Shown here in pieces: positions 13,641-27,315 of a DNA stretch of 64,000 bases (positions are counted from its first letter, which is position 1; each line of letters begins with the position of its first letter). Source of the DNA: Kudoa neothunni (taxonomy: Eukaryota > Animalia > Cnidaria). The stretch spans positions 12,205,553 to 12,269,552 of the forward strand of contig OZ199838.1 of the NCBI GenBank assembly GCA_964304625.1. The letters run 5' to 3'. The notes beneath the pieces were generated by a model. The model made no database searches, had not been told where the DNA came from, and saw nothing but the letters and a program-made list of their open reading frames with translations. The position numbers were made by a program, and so were the translations under genes.

Positions 13641-14143
13641 TTTATAACATTGTTTATTCACAACCTTGTGAGCGCAATCTCAGATATTATGAACTGCACG
13701 TACAATAAATGTGGTTCATAATTTTTTCTCGTTCCCAATGCGACTACAAACCACCCACTGTATTTGTTTTTAATAAACACTTTCTAGAGTTTAATAAATG
13801 TTACAAGTTTTTGCGCATGTGTGGGGCGCACACAAATTGACGACCTTGTTCCAGGCTTTTGTGTATTGCAATATTTTTAAGAAAATATAAAATGAATTTA
13901 AAAATTCAATATTATAATAAAATTAAAAGAGATTAAGTGTATTAAATAAGTTATGAAGTGTTAACGTATTGATGCATTGATGGGTGTAACAATTTAACTA
14001 TTTGACCCTGAAAAATGACTTGGCTTGACTGTAGCAAGATTGAAAAGGGGGTTATGTTGAATAGTGGAAAGTTTTAATTTAGTAAGACAACAAGCGCTAC
14101 ATAATTTTTTGTTGGTTGTTGGCGCAGTGTCCACGTTCGTCCA

Positions 14144-16230
14144 ATGTCAGAAGGAGCGGGTTACGATCTCGAAAAATGTCAGAAAAAAGTTTTGCAATGC
14201 AAGATTGCTATTGACAATCATCTTCCTCATCAAAAACCATTAACCGCTAAACATAAAGATGGAGTTATTTTGTTGTTGACCAGTGAGCATGTTGAATGGA
14301 CTCAATGGAAAAATAACATTTTACTTCATTCAAAAAATTGTGTTAAATCAGATTGTTTACTTGGAATCGCATTGTCGGGAAACAAAGATCGAAACAAAAT
14401 TCTCAAAGTAATTTCAACTCAATCATGTTATCGTTTGATTGAGTTGTTTATTGGAACATGAAACTAATTTCTGTAAACCTATAGTACAATGTTGTGGGAA
14501 ACATTTACAAAATATATTGGAAACAATTAAAACAAGGAACACTGTGTGTTTGTTTCAAAAACCCAGCCGCAACCGTACGAGTTATGAGCGTAATTATTTT
14601 CTAATAGATTACCGCTTTAATTTTGCTACACAATAGAGTGACTCTATGGTTTTGAGAATGTTGGTATCGTTTATAGCCTATTTGGACAATTATAGCGATA
14701 ACAATAATCCCACATTTTTGAAGTATTTTCAGTTGCCCATCAAACAAATTCTAGAGTACATGGGGAGGTTTTATGAGGAACAGAAAAATTTATTTGTAAG
14801 GCCTTTTATAAACAACCCTGGAGAGGTGGTATTAAGCTGTGATTCCATTTCTCGCTACCCATGGTCGAATCCCCTGCCCTGCAACTTGGAATCCTTACAA
14901 CTTTTTAATTGTTGGACTGGAAAAATTACAACTGACTATATATCCGATCTAGTTGATCTCTCTGCTCAACGCAAATGGATTCAGTGCGCTTGTAGTTGTT
15001 GTGTCAAATGTAATAGAATAAAACCTTCTTTAAAATTGGAAGGCGAGCAAGAACGTACCAATTATTATTTTTATTCTAATATACTACTGGTGTATAGATC
15101 AACGTGAAATAAAAATATGTCAATTTCAAGGCCCTCTTATAGACTTAGGAAGAATCTACAGACAACTGAATAAACTTTTGAACACCCATGGTGGACCGAA
15201 AATATTAGATACAACCAAATTGTCAGCTTTATTTACACAAATTCTAACAGATGGTTCTTACAGGCACATAAAAAATTTATTCCGTGATTCCACTTACTGT
15301 AGGGGTGAATACACTTGCAGGTCCTCACAACCTAACATAGATGTGCCTGTAAATTTTGCTGACACAAGAATAAACCTGCTGTATAGACTTAAAAATATTG
15401 AATTCTACAAGATTCCAATACAACCGCAGCTAATGGCAGATTTTCGAAAGTTTTCCTATCTTCAACAACTTCATTTGGTGAATTGTAACATACGAAAGTT
15501 ATCTCCCATTATATTTTTCACTCTTCCGAAATGTGAGGTATTATCATTGGCTGACAATCACCAATTTTCTGTCCTACCCCCTAGTATATGGGGAATGGGA
15601 AAACTCAATACGTTAATACTTGCCAACACTGGAATTCAATGTTTGCCTCAATCCATTATTCACTTGAAGCATCTTCAAGTACAAACAACTTAATACACAT
15701 ATGTATAATGTGTGTAAACGTATAGAATATTGACATCTCGAATTGCCCTGTGAAATACTTTCCTGTGCTATATAGAAGATACTCATGTATTAATGTTTCT
15801 TCGACAGATATTTTCTCCACAGCATCTGCCCCACACACAATAATTTTAAATCAAAACATTGGTCCTGTTACCTCATTGAAAACTCTCGCCTGGTCACACA
15901 TTGTCTCTAATTGCTCATCAATGTAACTTTTTTTATATTTTATTGTTTCATTCGGTTTTGGATCATAGCTTTTTACAACATTTGGTGAATATTATCCCCA
16001 GAGCATTACTCAACGAAGTTGCATCGCTTGATTGTTGCATTAAATGTTTAAAATTCACCAATTTAAATACGGTTACCAGCTATTGTGCTCCAATTCCCAA
16101 TGTAGCCCGTGAACTGATTTATTCAATAAATCCATATTTTTCTAATCGCACTGTCTGCTTTAGTAGACATTTCTGTTCAGTCGATTGTAGTATACGTTGC
16201 AGAAATGTTCGTACTTATTCAAACGTCTAA
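14144..16230 (+). CDS. leucine-rich repeat protein with Cys-rich C-terminus (LRRC58/63/28-like tail)
   Basis: LxxLxLxxN/C repeats (LQQLHLVNCNIRKL, CEVLSLADNHQFSVLPPSIWGMGKLNTLILANTGIQCLPQSI). Tail VTSLKTLAW..IPRALLNEV..CCIKC..FCSVDC. Overlapping ORFs can be joined by short GT-AG introns. Confidence 0.7.
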
Positions 16231-16624
16231 TTTTTGTTATTAAATTTTTATTTTTTTTCAATGTGAATATTTTTTCCAAAGAATTACCCACTCATTATTT
16301 ATTTTAAGCTGAGATAAAATTAGTTGAAAATATTTTATATTATGGCTTAAACTTATTAAAAATTCAACCAATTTCTAAGTTATTGATAGAACTATTACTT
16401 TCATTCTCACAATGTTAAAAAGGTGAAATTGTTCGTTCCAATTAATCTACCATGACTCTTCTAAATAAGGCCCAGACTTCAATTAATTGTTCTTTGAAAA
16501 ATAGTTTTGGGGCATATTTCTCAAGTTTCTATTTAGAGTTTTCTCTATCTTTTCGCGGTTTTATTAAACCTTATTAGTATAGAGTTTATACTATAGAATT
16601 TTAATTCTGTAATGTATTTTACAA

Positions 16625-17222
16625 CAAAGGTTGTCAACAGGAGGTAAATTTCAAATGACAAGAGGTAAATCAAGTGACATCAAAATTTGATAGGATCAAT
16701 TTTTGCATGAAGGGTTTTGTGGCGTGCTTAAGGGTTTCTAAGGAATTATATTATTCAAGACTATAAAACTCAATAAGAAGTTGCAGGGATGCTTAAAATG
16801 CTTTTACGAATAAATATTCAACAACCATTTATGACATTATAATCCATCTCTTTCTTATACGGCTCGTTTATCTTTTGGTGATGTAACTAATAACACTTAA
16901 AGTGGTTATTTGAATGGTATATAATATTTATGTGTCATTAGTTTTGACTATTTTTAATTATGTCTGGTCCCTAAGAGCGTAGGATTGGGATAGAAATAAT
17001 TTAATTTAGCAAAGTCTAAAAAGTTAATTCTGTAGACAATTTGTGAGTAAGAGTTGGTGTGATTAAAAATTGTCATTATGCAAACGTACATGCTTTTTAG
17101 GATCAGAATTTACCCCTCAAATCGCGTTTACCATAGCAAAATCGGTATAAAACCTTCAAGTAAATATGAACTCGACTTCCAAATTAAGGAGGTAAATTTG
17201 GAAAAACGGTTGAGAACCCTTG
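16625..17222 (+). mobile_element. hAT MITE family A, complete copy
   Basis: TIR CAAAGGTTGTCAAC / GTTGAGAACCCTTG; perfect 8-bp TSD ttttacaa on both sides; homologous copies elsewhere in the window. Confidence 0.85.
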
Positions 17223-18354
17223 TTTTACAATTATTAACTTCATTGTTGGTAATTGTGGATCAAAAGAACGACATTGTGATTAAAATTTGTGTATAATAAT
17301 TTAATTGACCGGTCAATTGAATGATAGAGATAATATTTGTCCTTCTAAATTTTTCTAATTCAAATATGCATACTGTGAGGCTAAGCCAGATATTTCGATA
17401 TAATTAAAATTAATACGTTACTTGGCACGATGTTCAAAAGGATGATATAAAAATAATTATGAGTTTATTCTGTTCAGCAAAGCGCTATGTGAACGGGTTA
17501 ATGTATTTTTTAATGTTTTTCTAATTTAAATAAACTCACTCCCGGACAAATTCTGAGTTTCGCGCTAGTATTTTACAGATAAATAGGAATAAAAATCACA
17601 ACCAATCTATTCAAAATAACTATGTTGATGATAAAAGTTTCTGTAAGATTCGGCTCATTGGAATTTTTAAGAGAAACTAACGCAGGATTGTGACCTACTT
17701 CAAAATGTGAAATATTAAATTATCATTTAGAAAGTTGCTACCTTAACGAGCAATAATATTCGGTTATAACTATTTATGACTACAATTAATTGTTTCTGAC
17801 ACGTCGTTGCGTTACTAGGGGCCGAAAATAATTCAATCTAGTAGACCCTAAAAATCAAATGCTTATAAGTTATAACACCTAAAAATTGGCATTATTAACA
17901 TTAAGATTGATAAAGGAGCAGATCTCCTTCTCCATTAGGGTAAATTTTTAGGAGCAATATTAGCGCTATAAATGGAAAGTTTGGCTACAAAAATTTATGC
18001 GGCGCGTGCGTATTAATTATTAAAAATTAAATTTTTACGGACCCGTAAGAGACCCATTTCAACTAAGTTAAGTTTATTAAAATTAATTTAACAAGAAATA
18101 GAGCGTTAGAAATTAAATGAATTAAAATAGGATTAACTGTTATTTAGTTTATGATTAAAACACTGAAGATTTGGTACATATCAATTTTAAGAACATTACT
18201 GCAAGACTGGGTGAAGAGCAGCATGAAGTTTCCTTGTTTATCATAATAAAATATTTTTCAAAATTATCGTTGAAAAATGCCAAAAACTGATACATCTAAA
18301 CAGAAAAAGAGCATTACATCAATTTGCACTTGCGCTCTAACCCAGCGCCATAGA

Positions 18355-19814
18355 ATGCCAACAGCGATTGAGATTTTTGATCAGTTTTATAATTCTATCA
18401 CTTGTTACAAATGGTAATCTAAATTTTCTAACCACTATAAATCTTAATTAGTAAGACGTCCCCAAACAATTGCTTTACGGTGAATATGCCGTGCAATCAT
18501 CTTCTTTGCCAGTATTCGGTCAATATTTGGTCACTATTGTTTAATATTACTTAGTGAATGTAACAACGACATTTCCAAATGTTCAGCTTGCAATGAAACC
18601 ATAGAACGAAGCATAAAGGATGGCATTAACATTTACTCGAAAATACAACAACGATTTCTAGAATTAAAAGATACTGTCAAAATTGATGGTAGTATTGTTT
18701 TATTTTCCAGGGTTATTGTAATGGGTGAGATAGAGAAGAAAACAAAAAAAGAAAATTCTATTTCGAGGGCAGAGAAAAAATCTAAGAATTTGGTACAACA
18801 AAAAGTCACCGAAGAAACTGAAACCTCCCAAGATCCTAACTCGAAAGGAGTTGAAAAACTGAAACACAAAAGTTCCAACAACTCAAAATCTCAAACAACC
18901 AAACAAAAACTATCAACCAGAACAGTCATTACATTAGTTTATTCCTGTTCTGTAATTGTTATAGGCAACGAAGAATATATTAATGGGAGGATTTTCTAAT
19001 GATGAAAAGGTTTTTACAAATAAAAATCATGTTTTAATTTTATTGATTAGAGTGAACTAAAAGATAAAATGTTGTCATTGAAGGGCGGAAATATTTGTGA
19101 CGAATTCTCACCTTCTAGTAACTAAACTAATGTGTATTCAATCAAAGGCTTATGTTTGTTTGATAGTTACCCATATGGTGGTTAGCACAAATGAGAATAA
19201 TGTGTGTGCTCGAACAATAAAATATTTGTATGCACTTGCATCCGGCTGTTTTATAGTCACTAGAAACTGTATAGTTGATTAGTGGAATTGTGAGTGTAGT
19301 TTGATATTCGGTTTCAATTAAGGGATTGATGATAGTAAAAGTAAAGGAGAATGGCAGGACGAGTTGTCCTATCTTGTTCAAGGATGCAAAGATTCAAGCG
19401 ATGGTATTCCATTGAAAGTTTTGGACGCTAAAAAACAGAATGTAGATTCAATTGTTGGTATTTTCTATTTTATTTGATCAACTCAGAATGCGGGGGTTTT
19501 CAGCGATTGTTTGTTCTTTATTCTCGAACAAAACAAAGTTCCCTCAAACACTCAGCTTGAGCAATTGATTGAATTGTGTGACGGAAAAATGGCTGATAAT
19601 TACAGCAGCTTTAAAAAACAGGCTTCAAAAAATAAAGATTTTAACTGTTTCGTTTTGATCACAAAAGAAAGCCTGAAGTAATATACTATGTATTGATAGA
19701 GTTAATATTCATTTTTTTGATTATAGGTCACAAACAAATGCTATCTGTCGACCTATTTCTTGGCTGCTCAAATGTGCAGCCGATTTTCGGCTTCAAACCG
19801 ATCAAAATATTTAA
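18355..19814 (+). CDS. miniature BARD1/BRCA1-like RING + tandem BRCT protein (~350 aa, 10 exons)
   Basis: Nine GT-AG introns of about 38-54 nt give one frame: C3HC4 RING (CYKC..PCNHLLCHEC..CSAC), K/S-rich linker, BRCT1 (ITHMVVSTNENNVCARTIKYLYALASGCFIVTRNWIDDS) and BRCT2 (VFSDCLFFI..QLEQLIELCDGK..ISWLLKCAADFRL). Confidence 0.8.
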
Positions 19815-20339
19815 CTCTAATCTTCCACCATAATAATGTTATGTATAGATCATATGAAATGTGTCTTCTTGAATATTGTTGATCTAACAAGTTGTGACTA
19901 ATTTTTTCGCTAACTTTACCGATTATAATTATTTATTTTGTGGTTATCGAAGATTTATTAGGGATTTGTCTTTTTTGCGCAGTATTTTAAGTATTTAATT
20001 CTAATCTAATCGAATATGTTGTTACTATTATTCAAAGAATGTTTTTATAGATAAATTTTTTAACATGAGATATATTTCATTCTGATTTTCAATTTATTTT
20101 ATATTTATATAATATCACATTGTATTTATAAGCTAGAAATTTTAAAACTTGTAGAACTCATAAATTTGTATAAAAATCATCTTCTAATTTAAATTTTATT
20201 CACTGAGTATTTCGTATTAACAATTTTCGAAGTTTATTTTACTTATATTTACTAAATTGAATCATATATATGATAAAAAATTAAGTCAAGTAATTTTTAT
20301 CCGTGATAAAATTTATAATTAAATATTTAAAATATGCAG

Positions 20340-21770
20340 GAAAAATTATGATTATGAACTTTACACATTATAAAAGTAAAAATATGTATTTTGGGGCTTT
20401 TTTAAAGGAATTGGCTATATCTCAAGGAATGCATATCTCTAAAACTATTGCACTTGTTTTTCGATTTTATTTTTTTCACGATTGTCCCTAATAAAATAAA
20501 AAAATACGGAGAGAAAAAATTCAGCTTATAATAACAACTTCTAAATTTTAAGAATTTTTCATCCGAACACGGTCGGATACACGTGTAATCTCCATCTTTT
20601 TTTTTCAATCAACATTGAATTTTGTCGTTCCTTTCTTAGCTACTAACTCAAAAGTTATTTACTACTACCATTTAGATTTTTACTATTGTTGTATAACAAT
20701 TTTATATGGACTAACTTTAATAATAAACTTATTGCGTGTTTCACAAAAAGATCTCATTTTTCACTATAATAAAAATACTTTTTGAATTTTAAAAAATAGA
20801 TGCTGATGGCGTATGATTTGTTTTAGTTTATATCCTGTTTATTAAATTTATTGCTAGAAATTAAGAATTTATTCAATTTTTATTATCAAAATTCAAAAAC
20901 CTAGTTTTTTAAAATGAGAATATAAAATTGTTTTACCTTGTATCATCTGTAATATATCGAAAAAATATTAAGCTATATTTTTATTGTTTTGTAAGTTTTT
21001 GTATATGTCAAAATTTAGTAACAAAAAATTCGACCAAATATACGAATTGAGAATATTACTAAGTATAAACTCAATATCTTAATTAAGGTTATTATTTTTA
21101 TCGGTACACATATAAATGATTAGAAACTAATAAATGTATAGAAAAAACGACATGTTTACGTTCATCGAATGTTATACTGAACACACGTAAAAATTCTTCT
21201 AATAAAGTAATAACTTTATATAATCAACCTTGGGTTATTTACCTATTGAAATTAAATGTTAAACTAAAATACAGTGTTGATTTATTATTAAAAAAACTCA
21301 TCGGTTCCAAGAAAATTAAGAACATGCATTTTGAGAGCACGTGGTTGTCTTCTCGGTTTTTAAACTATTCACACTTAAAACTAATAAAAACATGTATAGA
21401 AAAATCTTATATTGTAAAAATTATGTTTATATAGTAAGAAATGTGAAGAAGCATTACCAATTTATGAATGATTATCAAAACAAATTAGAGAGCAATCCAA
21501 TGTTTATTGAAAAAAGATTGATATTACATGTGTATCAAACAGTGTTCGGATAAAAAATTCTTAAAATTTTGAAGTAATTAATATAAGCTAAATTTATTCT
21601 CTCCTTATTTTTTATTTTTTTATGGACACTCGTGAAAAAGAGATTTTAGATATGAAATTAATATTAAATTTTAAGCGAAGAAAAATATGAGGCATTGAAT
21701 ATAAGCAATTACGATCTTCACCTCGATTTACTGGAATTTTTGAGGTATGTTACCTCATGTCATAATTTCA
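20340..21770. repeat. long diverged inverted repeat / foldback element
   Basis: 20471-20625 is the reverse complement of ~21490-21640 (..aaattttaagaatttttcatccgaacac vs gtgttcggataaaaaattcttaaaattt..); weaker similarity extends outward. Confidence 0.75.
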
Positions 21771-22044
21771 TATTTTATTACCAAATAAAAACTTGACATC
21801 AGTGTTTTTTTCGAAGATAATTAAATTGATTTAGGAAACAGAATCCTGCTATATTAAGTTACACTATAGTCAAATCTGTCTAAACGTTTTTTAGAATGAT
21901 GAAAAAACTTTAAAAACTTAATTTTATAAATATAATAACTGGAAGCGAATTTTTTTAATGGCATAGTTGGATCTGTTCAGTTTGTTTTTGAGATCATGCG
22001 AAATAACGCATAATAAAGAGGAGTGAATTAGATGTACTCTGTGT

Positions 22045-24142
22045 GTCTTATTTTTAATATTATTAGTATAAACTACTAATTTTGTTAATGTGTTTTGTTT
22101 AAGTCTATATCTAGACTTGGATAAAATTTTTCCAGCGTATGAAAACTCCCGCTCTGACATTGAGCTGGATGCTGGTCGGCTGTACACGTTAGTTGCAATT
22201 TTTTAAGATATTCTTTCTTTGAGTTTTCCCAATAAATGAACGGATTTTCGTAAACCTGGTTGACTCTTTCTCGGATGTACGGTTGAATTTCTGATTGAAA
22301 ATCTTCTGAGTCACTATCCAGTTCATAACATATTGAGTGGCTTTTCGAAGATTCCAGGTTCTTTGGGATTAATTCTAATTTTTTTTTCAATGTTTGTTCC
22401 AAGCAAAGATTTACCATAAAATTTGTTTTTTTAATGGATGATTTGATTCAGCCATACCAGACAAAAGCGACTTAACGTGGTTTATCACAAAATTTAATTT
22501 TTTGTTTCGTAGACTCACACTCGATAAATTTGGGTGGAAAAAAACCGCGATTTATGGTTGATATCAATACACTGTGTGTATTTTTTGTCTAATAAACTTT
22601 CCAAATGCTAAAAATAATCTCCCATAAGATTTTCATGTTGCTTTTGGATCGTTCCTTTGATACGATGAAATACAATAAACACCTAACGATAATATAAAAA
22701 AACTAAAATGAATTACAAAATGTGACGATAGTGTCTTCACTTGCTCCAACTGATCAAAGAAATCGGGAAATATATTGAAAAATTCAGTCACAGCAACACA
22801 TTCGTTCTTGTCCAATCCATCAAAGTATTTTTTAGCCGGGGGGTTTTCTAACACACCCTCTAAATTATCGAAACACACCACTAACGTCCTATATCGATCG
22901 CTGAGATCTCTCCATGGTCGCGTAGCTAAGTCCCATTGTATTTCTATCGGAAATTTAAACTGTAAATCTGCCGTTTTATGAACAGACCTCCGCAGTTTGT
23001 CAATATTTACCCTTGGTATGGATAAATTGGATGTGCCGTTTGTACTGAGATCCCAAGCTACACATAATGAAAAATCGAAATTAGATATTATAGCGAAGGT
23101 AAAATTTATTTATAAACTCATTAGTGATAAAAACATGTAATCAATATATTAAAATACATAAATATAAATTATTAAAATTTAGATTAAACAGTTTTATCCG
23201 GATTTTCAAACAGAATTATGAGAGGTTAAGATAGCGCATCGTTAAGTGTACCACTTTTACATTTATTTACTCACTAAAATTTTTACATTAATTTAATACA
23301 TAAAATACCTTGAAATATAATAGTGTGAAGGCGGTGAGCGGCACATCTGGTTGTGTTGAACTCTCTTAGACCTAATAGATTGTTTGCTGCGGAGTCACCA
23401 ACAATTCTTAGATCAGATTTGTTAAGTGAAAATTTACTACAAAATTCCGTGCAGATTTTATTTATATTTTCTGCAGTGTGTTTTTCAGGAAAATAGCTCA
23501 TGCCATATCGGAAAGGTCGAAGGGTGAAATCTTTAACAAATAATACTGATATATCAATGAATGAATTGATTTTGGAATTATCACTCCAAATATCAACGGT
23601 TAGGCACATACTATTGTGATTGATCGTTTTAATTAATTTGTCCATTTTTAAATACATGCGCTCATACTCATTCATAATTGTTTTTTAACGCATTTTTTGG
23701 ATAAAACCTTAAACCTAGCACCAGGTTCATCGAACTTTTTGGCCAAGTTATATGAAAAGTTTATCATCTCCGTAAACGGAGAGATTGTTTCAGCTACAAA
23801 ATTGCCAATTTTAGTGTCAAACATTGCCTGATCAGATACGCTTAAATTAACAATAGATATAGGTGAAACAAATAATTCACCAATTTTTATATCTTTATTT
23901 GTTCGAGCATGTCACTTATTATGAGTAAGAAGTTTCCTATCCCCGTAAGACGATTTATGTGGGAATGTTTTGTAGCACTTTGTGCAAGCAATAAAATCAA
24001 TTTGGGATGTTTCATCCCCATCTTTAGTAATGATGGAATAGAAATTGTCCCATTCTTCAGAACGCGTGGCAGATTTTTTCCAAAGGAAACGTTTACCAGC
24101 TTTCAAAGCCTCTTCAACATTTTCCACACTCCAGTTTGACAT
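22045..24142 (-). pseudogene. decayed hAT (Ac/Hermes-like) transposase
   Basis: BED finger (WDNF..CTKCYKTF..LLTH), LTVDIWSD, CAAHRLH and dimerisation motif RPASSSMSEREFSYAG; broken by frameshifts and stops. Confidence 0.85.
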
Positions 24143-24199
24143 AATGTAACTAAAAGAGGGCACAAACACGAACGAATGGGCACTGTCTGCTAATAATAC

Positions 24200-24313
24200 T
24201 TAAATAACTACAACCTCAAAGTAGATATTAATTCAGCTTCCAAATTAATGGGTAAAATTGGATTTTTCATCGGACCAAGGAGGTGAATTTTAAAGAAACG
24301 ATTGAGAACCCAC
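24200..24313 (+). mobile_element. hAT MITE family A, right-end fragment
   Basis: aagtagata..cttccaaattaa.gggtaaa.ttgg..ttgagaaccca matches 17155-17222 and 42920-43017. Confidence 0.6.
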
Positions 24314-25787
24314 GTCTGAATAATTAATATATTCATCCATTGGATTCAACTCTACTCAAAAGAAATTAAACGTTATATCATAACCTGTCCTTATTTTATT
24401 TTGAAGGTTTTTGCGAGGATATTTAATTATATATTTATTTTTTTAACCTAGATAAATTGAAATAAGTTGTTTATTTACTATTCACTTTTTCCGCCTTAAA
24501 TATTTTGATGGGGAAAATTCAACAAGTCTTGATTTTGAGTCAGTATTCATAAATCATGGATGAGGCTAATTTATGTATGATTGATTATTTATATCAATTT
24601 AATCAAAAAATCCGATTTATAATTTATTGTCGTATATTGAACGAAAGTATTTAACATTAAAAATTTATCAACAATAATCACACTGAATTTTTCAAAATCC
24701 TGATCTTTATTTTTATCGTATAACTTAATACGACAACAAAGGATAATATTATCATGCATGCGGATTGATTAAAGAAATTTCGGAATATTCCTAATGATCG
24801 TTAGGAATCACGATGCCTTACTTTTTTTCAGCCGATATTGCTATAAATAATGAAAATAGATATTAACCGTACAAGTATCTTAACTCGTTTGAGCTTTGAG
24901 TGTAGTACTCGAAATGTTTGATGTTGCATATATTTTCCTTTGGAATAAATTATTGAGAAATATTTATTAATAAATATATAATTTAAAATAAAATAAATAC
25001 TATAATCATTAAATTTGTTTATCGGTCACAACGTAGAGTTTATGGGTAGTGCGAATGTAGTTTCAAATAGACTTTGTGTTTAAAGTTATTACCAATTTTA
25101 TAAATAACATGGAGAATTTTAATACAGATTTATTTTAATATCAATAACATTTTTTATAGTTTCATCATATAAAAGCTCATATGAAGTTCTATTTCTTACA
25201 GAATTTTATAATACAAATTAAATTAACCTTAACGCCTTAAATGAATCAGTTCGTCATTTGAATCGAATCTAAATATCTTGTGATGTTTAGTACTACAAAA
25301 TAATTATAAGACGATACAGAGAATTTTCGATTCTGTTCTCATTGCAAGTGACCCCTCATAAATAAAAGATATTTAATCTTTTTAAAAAATTTTATATAAT
25401 ATTAATTAATTATTCTATATATTAAATTTCAGATGTTCCTTGTATAACAAAAAAGACAAATTATGTATTATCCTATTATCTTTATTCCTTCGTGATTACT
25501 TATTCTATACCCTAAGCCACAACTTAATTATTAGATTTTAACGTTATCTAAATTATTCTTATTTTCTACGATTTAAACCATAAACGAGTTAATAAGATAA
25601 AGCTTTTATGTTTTTATGTTGGATGTCTGGGATGCGGAGAAGAAAGTCGGTACCAATAAATATTTAACTATGATAAATGTCAATAAATAAGCTGTTTTTA
25701 TTATTCTTGGTGAATTTCATGAAAAGTTAATTGAAATTATCAAAAACTCACGTTTTCGGCATTATCATTTGATAAATTGCATCATTG

Positions 25788-27315
25788 ATGAGTATGTTGT
25801 CTTCTTCAGTAATCTCAGTCACAACTCTCATTTCCGGTAATAAATCAGACTTCACCTTTAAATAATTTATCTAGTTGTTATTATATGTTCACTAAACCCT
25901 AACACGAATAATCCTACTGGAAAGAGAGGTAACAAAAAAGTTGCTTACAAGGACAAGTGTGACAAGAAAAACCCTATCGTGATAAGTTGAACTAGTTTTA
26001 TCGGTTTCATAATCAACCGTCTGTCTAGTTCCTGGATTTTTAGGGAGTCGACTTTATGGACATATGAATGTTACCGATGCATTGTCTGATTATTGCACAC
26101 GAAATATGTCATATACCCAAGTATGGATGAATATCTGGCATGTGTTAAATCTGAATTGTTTTTCACATATGCTTTCGTAATATACAAATAATATTTTACA
26201 TGACTTAACTTATTTACTGAAGCTTGAAGTACGATCAACAAAATAACACCATGAAGGATCAAAAAGGTGTAGAAATAGGTGCAACTAATTTTGGGGATGT
26301 TGACATGGTTTCCAAACTGAGTGATTCTATATTTGTCGCTTTGTTTGGCAATTACTTCCAAGGGGTGATTGATCTTATCACTAACATGGGCTGGACGTAC
26401 AATGTGGATATTCGAGCTGCACCCTATGACTTCAGGAAAATGCCGTGTAAAACATTGGTCGAAATACTTTTCTACGATTGATTATTTTAATTCTTATTCT
26501 AGTGAACGAAACAAAAGATTCCTATTTTCTAAAACTCAAGGAAATGGTAGAAGCACTTCACCAGGTAGATGAGTGTAAAGTGGTAATGATAAGTCATAGT
26601 ATGGGCAGCCCGTTAACACGTATGTTTCTATCCGCCCAAGGCCAGAAATGGATCAACAAACATATCCGAGCTTGGATTTCTCTAAACGGAAGTTTCGCTG
26701 GTGCCAAAACAGCAATCCTATCAAGAACCTACGGAATAACTACGTTGAGTTTAGTTAACTATTTGAGAGAATATCTGCAGATATTCTTTTCCACGTTTCC
26801 CTCCTTATACTTCCTACAACCAAGCATATCTTATTTTGGTGCTGACCACGTAATTATATAAAATATTTCTTATAGTCTTAACTTTAAATAAGCGTGTTGC
26901 GTTCACCCCAAAACAGAATTTTACTCTCAGAAACATGACAGAGTTTCAGAGAGTGGTTATTGGTGTTAACCAGCCACGATTGGAAAAAATGAACTTGCCC
27001 GATATATACACAGAAACAAGTTTTCATGTTCGTTTCCTCTGTGTGTATAGCACTGGATATGCTACACCCATTCAGGCTCCCCTGTTCAATGACTACTCTT
27101 TGGATAGAGACAATCTGATAATGGGGAATGGTGATGGAACGTTATCGATTGAAGAATTAAGGTCTTGTAAAGCGGTCGCTAAGTCAATGAGAAAACGAAA
27201 AACTCGAATTGTTCGTTTGCGTGGAATAGAGCACGTAAGAATTCTATCGAGTGATCTAACTCTGAAGGTTATTGGGAAATTTCTTCGTCGTCTTAAACCT
27301 AGACCACAAACCTAA
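25788..27315 (+). CDS. lysosomal phospholipase A2 / LCAT-family acyltransferase (PLA2G15-like)
   Basis: PIVI|VPGFLGSRL, AAPYDFR, nucleophile SHSMG, GDGT (Asp), GIEH (His). Multi-exon; start approximate. Confidence 0.85.
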
